Below, one piece after another: positions 54,054 through 64,000 of a stretch of DNA of 64,000 bases. Under the pieces are notes generated by a model. That model saw only the letters and a list, made by a program, of their open reading frames with translations, had not been told where the DNA came from and did not search any database. How positions within the stretch are numbered: the first letter of the stretch is position 1; each line of letters begins with the position of its first letter. The position numbers and the translations under genes were made by a program. The stretch comes from Eledone cirrhosa (taxonomy: Eukaryota), in NCBI GenBank assembly GCA_964016885.1, contig OZ024743.1, positions 304,296,001 to 304,360,000 of the forward strand, read 5' to 3'.

Positions 54054-56055
54054 TTATGATAAAACACCGGATGAACAAAATCAATTGAGGGCTTCACATC
54101 TGTTAAGAACTAGTCGGCAGAATTTCAATCAACAAACTTTCTTTGTTTGAATATATATATAAATTTGTGTGCGTGTGTATATGTGTGGGTGTAAAAGGTA
54201 GAGAGAAATAAAAAAAATAACAAACGGCACAGTACATGGAAAACATATATTAGTTTAACGCTTGAAACACCAGTCCTTCATCAGAATATAGAGTTAGAGA
54301 TATAATCTAAATAGAAACTAAAGAGTGTTAAGAGGAAGTAACGGGGATAATGAGAAAAAGATTTGGAATAAAAAAGACCAGACGTGCGTATTTAGTCAAC
54401 CATATACATATGTATGTGTGTGTATGTGTAAATAAAGAGAGAGAGAGGGAGAGAGAGAGAGATAAAGAGAGAGAGAGAAAGAGAGAGGGCTAGAAACAAA
54501 TAGACGGACACAGAGAGGGACAGAGAAGTGAGAATAGGTTACCTTATAGGGGGCATCCGCGTATTTTCCTGATGATTTCAACTGACTGAAATTCTGCAAG
54601 TCAGGTAGAATTCATCTCCGCTTGATAGATACTTCAGGTTATAGAGCTAATGGATATATAGAACATCTTCCCGAAAATCTAGGAATCTAAAAATAGACTC
54701 TGAATGGTTATCTGGTTCAGATCCCTACCTCTTTAAAATCAAACGTAGAGAAAACTAATCATAGATTTAATAGTCCAATATTTTACCCCAACAACAACGG
54801 TATCAGAAGATCCGCAGGTAATATGCGCATTATCTGAGGTCGATGATAACCACGATTGAAAAATCCAGATGCCCATGGAGGATAATGGACGACTACCCGA
54901 TGGAACAGACTTGTAACATAAAGTCAATTATATATAAATCATAAATTATACATTAAAGTACAAACAACACCATCGGCAGAAAGATCTACGTCACTGTGGT
55001 GGCAGATAAGATTGAGCAGGGATAATATTGGCATGTTTACACTTTCAGAAACCGGAAATAATATCACCAATCTACCATGCAGACCCATATAATGCATAAA
55101 CTATTCTGGGAGATCCGGGAGGATCCTGGAAAATTCCAAACCTTATAGCAAGGGACCGAAAATAGGGGGCATTTGTAAGAGAGTAAGAAATGTAATCCTA
55201 CAAGGTTTCAAATCATTGAAATTATGCATCAAATACAAAAGTGAAATTTTCAGGTAATCCTACATTTCAAAGAAAGACATTTACCCCATTTCCCGAACTC
55301 ACCAGTAATCAGAGCAATGTTTTGCGCGCCGGAACCATCACAATCCAAATTTAAAATGACTCAAACATTTACAATATCTCATACCTTAAACTTATTCTCA
55401 CCTATAATTACATTTTACGTATCAATTATTAACTTTCTGTATATACCCATTATCAAAGACGTTTAACATTAGCTCTCTGACTACAAACATAAACTATTTA
55501 TAACATTTTGCTTCTTTTATTCAATACTATTCCTTCCCTCGAAAATAACTCGTCTGCTAGCTATGTTATTATGCTCGCTAAACTTCTATACGCACTCACA
55601 CAAGTGCCCAAATTTGCTCTAAACAAAAGCAAATATCTGACATCACGGGTGTATGTGAATCTGTGAGTGGGTATATGATTATATATTAGGATGCGTATTA
55701 ACCTTCGATTAACTTTCGATATGTTTCTATATATCCAGCTAGTTTCCACTGGATTCTATTCCTATAAGAGTTACCACACGCACTAATTTTTTTATCATAT
55801 TTTCTCCGAGGTTTCTACGTGACATTTCAGAAAGTGAAAACAATGGAAAATCCAATAACTCCCAAATTATCATTGATCAGTTGAACATATCCTGTTAAGA
55901 AACTTCCTTGTATTAATATAACTGCATATATTAAAGTAAACCCCCATGTAAATTGCAAAACTAGGAATGCAGTCTATAGAGAGGAACGGTGCAGAAAGGT
56001 TTCAAGGATATACAGTGGTTAGACAGCATGCAGAACCACATTACAAACACACACA

Positions 56056-56094
<39 letters not shown>

Positions 56095-56103
<9 letters not shown>

Positions 56104-56270
56104 ACAAAGCGGGTGAGATAAGATACCAGGTGATTTCAGAAGATCTCGTTAAGGGTGAAAACAGCGATTCTTTGCTTAAACTTTAATCTTTTATTTTAAT
56201 AAATATTTGCTCTAGGGCTCTTAACCTTATCGAGCCTTCTTTGGATTTTAGTCTTCACATTTATTATTAT

Positions 56271-56275
<5 letters not shown>
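56095..56275 (+). repeat. Short repeat shared with 6190-6350 and (inverted) 4735-4790
   Basis: tttcagaagatc..gttaa.ggtgaaa.cagcgattctttgcttaaactttaatct..tattttaataaatatttgctcta; ends at (TA)n. Confidence 0.85.
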
Positions 56276-56351
<76 letters not shown>

Positions 56352-56354
56352 CAT

Positions 56355-56399
<45 letters not shown>

Positions 56400-56786
56400 T
56401 AGAAATAATAAGTTTGAAGAAATAATACATAAACGTTACCAAAATCTCTCTCGTCCTGACTGTCAACATTTTTGCTCGATATTTGTGGAAATGTCTAGTC
56501 GTTGCACTATCCTTGAGGCTTCGACCTTATCAAGAGACTCCCTCAGCTAGGACGGAAATTTCCAAAGTGATCGGAACGGTTAATGAATTCAAGGGGGTGG
56601 AAATCCTCACGTGACAAGCGGTCAAGATAGAATACCTGTGAAGGGTAGACTGGTGACAAGTAAGTTCAATGCTAGCAGAAGCAGTTATTTACGACCTAAA
56701 ATTTACTCAACCGTAAGGGATTATAGGTCAAAATCATAAAGAACATATATATATATATATATATATAGTACATGCATGGGAAAAAG

Positions 56787-56835
<49 letters not shown>

Positions 56836-56864
56836 AAAATGTTTAACCCCGACAGCAGTACATG

Positions 56865-58010
56865 CATGGAAAATCCTCAAGAAGCCTGTCATACCTGACC
56901 ATATGATGAATGCTATCATGTCATTTCATGAGGGCATGAGAGCATCTATTATATCTATCATTATGTTAAATGGTGAATGCTCTGATCCCTTTAGGGTCAC
57001 AAACGGTGTGAATCAGTGTTATGTCATAGCTCCAGTACTCTTTGATTTGCTCTCTGTAATGCTCCACTATTTATTTTGCAATAGAATCACGGGTGTGAGA
57101 TTTGAATCGCATACATCAGATAAATTAACCACCCATCAGCGTTTTATGGCTAAAACACTTACAGGAGCAAGCATTATTGGAGATTTGCTGTTGGCTGAGG
57201 ATACTATAGTGCTTCCAATATTCTTTGAAGAAGCCTAAGCACAGCTGAAGAGCCTCCGGGTTTCATGTAAAGCATTTGCTTTAACAATCACCGTAAAGAG
57301 GAATGAGGTAGTATATCACCCAAGCCTATCTACCCCCAGATGACTAGTATATGTTGGGCAACGATAGCCGGATCACGGATATCCCCATGTTTACATCACT
57401 TTGAGGGCAAGTATATGAATCATGCGAACTCCTTTATTGATCTTGGCAGCAAGGGGACCTGCTGTGTACCCTTGGACAATAAGATCGTCACACACGCCTC
57501 TAACGCAATTGACCATTTTGGTAAACTAAATTATCGTATATGGAGTGTCAGCGATATCGCCCTTAAATTAAAAGTGTTTTTTTTTTATTGACATGGTACA
57601 GACAACCCTCGTATACGGCCCTGATTCATGTACATTTTACCACAACAACATTTATAAGTTTGATATCTTTCACAAATACTGTCTTCGATCTCTATGAGGT
57701 TAAGTATTTTCTATAGAATCTCCAATGTCGATCTCTTCATGAAGTGTAATATTGGTGGCATTGAATCATTTCTGATGCAATCCCAACTCGAATGGGTTGA
57801 TGATGTCCTACGGATAACTGGCGACTGCACATTTAAGGTACTGTTATATAGTCAACTTCATAATGGTGCACGTAATGTAGGAGGACCATTACTCATATAT
57901 CAAGACAAACTGAACTGCAATCCTAAATTTGTGAACATACATATTGCATCCTTTTAAACCCCGGCTGCTGACCTTGGAAATGGGAAACATATCTCCCATG
58001 AAGGTATAAA
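56865..58010 (+). pseudogene. Degraded RTE/BovB-like LINE RT
   Basis: SFHEGMRA, SDPFRVTNGVNQCYVIAPVLF, DLLLAED (LLFADD-like), FIDLGS, QLEWVDDVLRI, KVLLYSQL. Confidence 0.85.
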
Positions 58011-58464
58011 ATAATTTGGCATGAGTATGAGACGCGCTAGGCGCTGCAACATGTGCTTTATATCAACACACAGTTCAGTCTTCTTAGATATTTTGAAATG
58101 AAAGGTACGAATTTCCTGGATACCCGCAGAAGAGCACAGGAATGGTGGCTTTCACTTAATAATTCTTGCTAAACAGATGTTAGATCTGTCCGGGCATCAA
58201 AGGCAGTTGCCCGATATAGGTTTGTTATTTTTACTGATTTATTTCTTTAAATCGAGACAAGCAAACCATATTGTTTTAAATTAATATTTTTTCAACCGAG
58301 CTAACTTGGTCATTTGCAATTCAAACACATGTATACTTGTATCGGTGTTCATCCCTCTCATATATTCCATTGTATTACACGGCTCGGAAAGATTCCTTCC
58401 TTGAGCTATTCAATTGTAAAAGACTATTTCGAATTTCTAACTCAATCTATGATATATATATATT

Positions 58465-58768
<304 letters not shown>

Positions 58769-60768
58769 ATATATATACATATATATATTAAAGGCAGTCG
58801 GGGCACGACAGGTGAGCTCTTGCCATTTCGACAGCTGTTGAAACGGCAAGAGATCAGCCATTGGGCCTCGGCACTCTCTAATGTCATTACACTCTATGAT
58901 ACCATGTATCAGTTACTTTGCTCAATATTGGTTATACTAGATTAAACCTGGTAAAATCCTGTTATATCTGCCTAAAGAAATACCGCTTTATGTCCGTCGC
59001 TATAAGGACACGCGTAGATATATATTCCCCTGCACATACTTGCACATACTTGCACATTCATAAATTGCCAAGCAGTCGACGGACATGTATCCTTAAATCA
59101 CAAATTAGCTAATTAGTTTAAATTAATTCTTAGCGGTGTCATGTGCCTCATTTGAACTGTGAAAAACCATTTCCTGATAATAAGGCAGGAGTTTATTATT
59201 ATATCGATAGTTATTAGTCAGTAGGTTTGTCGAAACATTTATTTGACTCTATTTTCCCAGCTTACCATTAATTCATATTATTTCTTCAATAAAGAATGTT
59301 CTGCGGTGATAATCTGTAGGATATAATGGGAGCGTCGCTGACAATCCCCTTTGTTCGTCCTTGGATTGTTTTGTGACACTTTATTCTTAAACGATATTTA
59401 TATATTTGCATTGGCTTACTGCCTACAGTAATTGTATATACATATTAGGAGAGTCTGACTGTGAGTAAAAACGTTTCATAAAAGAATTAACTCTGGAGCA
59501 TATTTATGCAGGATTTATAGTCTCAGTCATTAGTTTACAGTTGTATAACGCATTAACAATAATATTTCAGTGAGCAGCCACCTATAATTCTACAGTGACT
59601 ATTTTTATTTAACGTGTCGTGAACAGAATTGAGAAACTATTTAGTTTTAAGTTCGACCAGATACCATTAAATGTTGTCATATACAAGTTAATTTGTCGGA
59701 TCGGGTTTCCTAAATACACCCTCAGCATTGACACCGGGTTCAGTTACATTAGTATCCCCAACTGTACCATCAATATACCAGCATGCGGACAGCTAATATG
59801 ATTTGATACGGTTATCGCTTTAGCAATTGTGGTACGTATTTTAGGACAAATATTTTGCATTGAGCTTTATTCAATTATCCTAGTGGGTGTTTATTCTGTT
59901 CAAGATTAGCTGTAGTTGAATGTAAACATTGTATTGTTAAGGTGTTCCGAATCTGGTGATATTTATGCATAGGTGGGACGTTGTTTTTGATATGTGATAA
60001 AAATATACGCGTAAAGGTGACTTCAGCTGCGTTGTAATTGGGGGATTATAGTATGTAACACTTTACTTTTCCTTTTGCGTTTCTTATGAAATAGACTAAT
60101 TATTTTATTCGTATCATGAACAGAATTTGGAGCGGCTATATTATTATACGCAGAAGCCCCGAGGAAAGGACAGGGAACTATCCCAAACACTAATGTTCAA
60201 TTTTTCAGTCCATGACTATTCTTAATTTCGGAACTTTATTTATGGATCATTTGAGCGAGGGATAATCATTAATCAAACAGTAATTTGTTTTTATTGCTAT
60301 TATTTCTACGGGGCTGTAGTAGTCAGATTTTGAAATCAACAATTTTTTTTTTGTGTATTAAATTGCTGATGGGTGCTATGTGTTAGAGTAATGTTACAAT
60401 TGTGTATTAATGTAGAAATTTTGTGATTTAACCTTCCCCCTTCTGATCATCTCTTTGATAAAATTTAGATACATTGTTTCTAAAGATAAACAGTAGAATA
60501 TAAAACCCTTTTTTAGTTTGATGGTGTGGAACCGCAAAACTAATATTTAGTTTGGTATGCACATCAAGAATTTTGATCTCTGAGATGAACGTCGTAAATT
60601 AATGGATTAACTACTTCAACTTGTTTTTCTTATACTTTTCGTTGTTTAATATTACAAATACACACACACACACACAAACACATATACACACACACATACA
60701 CACATGCACACACACACACGCACATACACACACACACAGACACACAGACACACACACACAGACACACA

Positions 60769-60838
<70 letters not shown>

Positions 60839-60925
60839 GGAAAAATTTGAACAGGGACAAAACAGAGAGGCGGTACAACGAATGTTTATTAATTTCACGC
60901 TCTGGAGAGTGGGGTGTTGGTGGGG

Positions 60926-60960
60926 GACGACGTTTCGGGCATAAGCCCTTCCTCAGGTGA
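60926..60960 (-). ncRNA. Hammerhead-like motif with weak helix I
   Basis: CTGAGGA-aGGGC ttat GCCC-GAAACGTC; about 90 nt from (TA)n. Confidence 0.5.
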
Positions 60961-61489
60961 GAAGTGTGTGGGAACAGAGTTCAAAGGGTGTGTAGGGGAG
61001 TGGTGGAGAGACATATAGCGAAAGGAAAAGGTGCGAATGAAAAAATAAAAAAATAAAGATAAAAATAAAAATAAAGCATGATTAAAATATACTGAAAAAA
61101 GATAACGTTATATAAGGAAAAAGATAATATAAGAAAACGCACCCTATAAAACAGAAGGGACTTTATACAAAAAGTTAACGTTTAGCATAGCTTGCTTTCT
61201 CAGTTTTCTAGATTTTCAAAACTTTTCTTTTTAAAATTAATTGTCCTCTCAGACTCCAGCATGCTGTTTTACGAAGCTATACTATACACCAACATTTTGA
61301 ACATGTTATAAGTTCCCCTCTTTTATATATACTAGCAGAAAAACGATCCCTCCGCCGGTTTTCTGCTAGCATATGTAGTGTGCATATTGGTATTATACGC
61401 AAATATATATGCATATAGATATATGTAAAATGAAAAGTAAATTAACAATATCTTCTTCGCACACTTATTTCTGAGTGGGTCGTCGGAGC

Positions 61490-61930
61490 AGAGTCATTCT
61501 TAAACACTCCTTCCAGCGAGTATATCAGTAGCAAACATCTGTAACTAATGCAGCTGGATCCTAAAGCGTGACCAGCCAAGCTCATGGATGTTATCCAACT
61601 ATCTTGCTCAGGGTCTACCTCTGGGTTTCTTGACGGTTGGTTTTGCCTGTAAAATGTGTCCAGCGATTATTTACTGAGACATTCTAACCACATGCTCATA
61701 ATATCGGAATTGTAATCTCTCAATTCGGAGAAGTAGCGACTCTACCAAGAGTGACTCTCTGGTTTCTGAGCTATGCATTTTATCCCTCGGAGGAATCCCA
61801 TTTCTGGCGCTTTTGCAATACTTGTACTTAATTCAGCCTCCTGCATTCCATCACTCATGTACACGGCTCCAAGATACTTAAACTTCTCTAACTGCTTCAG
61901 TAGAACTCCGTTCACATGTATATAAATTTG
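61490..61930 (-). pseudogene. Internally deleted RTE-type LINE fragment
   Basis: LKQLEKFKYLGAV, EMGFLRGI, LLRIERLQFRYYEHVVRM. Confidence 0.75.
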
Positions 61931-63016
61931 AGGAATTTCTGTCCACCCGTCCATCACTCAATGTGTATGTGTGTTTGTGTGTGTAAAAGGAAGGAAAGGG
62001 ATACACACATATATGTTTCTAACTTAAAAACAGTCTCTAATTTAAGAACACCGACAAATTAGTGCGTGCACATACACACACACACTGTCCTATTACCACC
62101 TAAGTGCTTTCGCCCGGGCAAACATCCCCTCAATGTTGGTACTGTCTGGGTTGTCCTGAATTGATGAGAAACTTGACGATCTTACTCTGTGCTCCTGGTC
62201 AAGAGGCTGGTGCCTTACCTGGGTCGTCACAGTTAGCTTCTCTTTTGCTTCTTCCCACATTCTGGATGCAGCGGTAAGAGCGAGAACTACGGAACACAAT
62301 CTTAAAGTACTGTGTTCTGTCAGCTAACTACATTATCCAGCCTGTGGCGTTCGGGATATTTGGGGAGACGGGCTACTGACAGCAAGGTTCTTATCTTCAC
62401 TGGCGGCTTGCCAAACACAGGTAACTTGTGATGCTCGTGAGGGTTCTTGGTTGTTCCAGCACCTCAGCCTCACAATAACTCCAGGTAACGCTGCAAGCCT
62501 GCTAGCCTGCCTCAAAAATTATTAGAGAGGTTTCCCAGTGCTCCTCGCTATATTGCTATATTTTGATATGGTAGCGTCTCGTTTTTTTTCATTCTTTCGC
62601 CTGCATATTGTTCTTTGGGGTCTAGGATCTGGGTATTACGTGCTTGCGTATTGTTTCTCTTTCTTATTATCCTTTGTATATATTATATTTTTTAGTATTT
62701 TCGTTCTGTAATCATTATATTAAATTTTTATGCAAATGACTTTTTAAAAAAAATATAGTTAAACTGTGTTGTTAAATAAATAAAAAGCTGTACATTTGCC
62801 TTCCCATTTCCAATTCACCGAACTCTATCATGACTGTATGTGTGTGTTTGTGGATATGTATGTATGTGTTTGTGTGATAGTATGTGTATTTGTGTGAATG
62901 GCACCTCACCGTTAGTGACTATTGCCTCCCACATCCTGGATGCAGCGCTAAGGGTGAAAGCTACAGCATATATATATTATATTTGTTTATGTTTTCGTTC
63001 TGTAAGCATTATATTA

Positions 63017-63497
63017 ACTAGCAGAAAAACCACCCTCGGGTGGTTTTCTGCTGCCATGTCTAGTGTGTTTATTGATATTATAGACAAATATATATGCATG
63101 TAGATATGATACATCAAATAAAATCGTAATTGACAATATACACAGAAATTGAACGAAGACTGTGTTACACTGTCTTATGTAATCAGTAACGTAATCAATG
63201 ATATATTAAAAAAAGACGATATTATATATAAACTGCATTAGGAGAAAATTAGCGACGGAAATTTTGTTATAATATAAAAATGTTATAATATAATGGCTGC
63301 TAACCATTGTGTTGACATTTGAAAATGTTAAAGAAGTGAATCTTTAAATAAGCATATATTTAATCAACAGCCACGAAATTTAACACATAAATTATGTAAT
63401 ATTCATTCATTATTTATTCAAAGTACTCCAACTTATTTTACAAACGGGGTAAAAAAAATATATTCTGGACGCAGTCCCGTACTCCTTTCTTTATTAT
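63017..63497 (+). mobile_element. Helitron/Helentron-like non-autonomous repeat (partial copies at 61330-61450, 63935-64000)
   Basis: Begins ACTAG-CAGAAAAACCACCC tc GGGTGGTTTTCTGC, i.e. a hairpin next to CTAG|T on the minus strand. Confidence 0.55.
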
Positions 63498-64000
63498 AGT
63501 TAAGATTTTTTATACAAACGAGTTTAAAAAAAAAAAATTAAATTGTGTTGTTAATAAATAAATAAAACGTTATACTTGTTTTACCCTCCCGTTTCCAATT
63601 CACCGAACGCTATCATGACTGTATGTGTGTGTTTGTGTAAATGTATGTGCGAATATTTTTGTGTGAAAGTATATGTATTTATCTGAATGAATGTACGTGA
63701 GAGTGTATTTTTTGTAAGTTTGTGTTTGCCTTATTATAGTTATATAGTCATACATATAGATGTATGTATGCGCACAATCATACGCGTGAGAGTGTAGAAA
63801 TTCATAATCACTCTATCTCTCTCATCACAAACTCTCTCTTTCTATATGGTAGTTGAAGTGGTGGTGGTAGTGACGATATACCGGAAGTCTAGAAATTTGT
63901 AAATTTGAAAGGGAGTCAATTTTAAATTATTTATAAATACGAAATTTAGTACATAAATTATGTAATATTCATTCATTATTTATTCAAAGTAATCGAACTT

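Noticed and set aside
54255-54290. CTGATGAAGGACTGG on the minus strand
   Set aside because: No intact GAAA or helix II; at best a decayed hammerhead.

Overview
This is AT-rich, microsatellite-dense eukaryotic DNA with no recognisable host gene. The SINE, LINE and simple-repeat content looks like an octopus/cephalopod genome (inference). Most ORFs in the supplied track are microsatellite artefacts. The window is a mosaic of transposable elements: a near full-length, frameshifted Penelope-like element (RT + GIY-YIG, Naiad-type motifs) at 40733-42621, three further Penelope-like fragments, several RTE LINE fragments, R4/Dong-, CRE- and Tx1/L1-like fragments, a hAT transposase relic, eight copies of a tRNA/Nin(Deu)-domain SINE and a Helitron-like repeat. 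The main hidden signal is RNA structure. Folding by eye gives about 15 well-formed and about 5 degenerate type I hammerhead ribozymes in at least 10 sequence-distinct non-coding units. Nearly all sit in or next to (TA)n tracts, many have a self-complementary helix III, and several carry a U3:A8 compensatory core. Two units are head-to-tail repeats (321 and 590 bp) whose paired cleavage sites would release unit-length, retrozyme-like RNAs. Many units form fold-back palindromes centred inside the ribozyme. All folds were done by eye and none has been tested.
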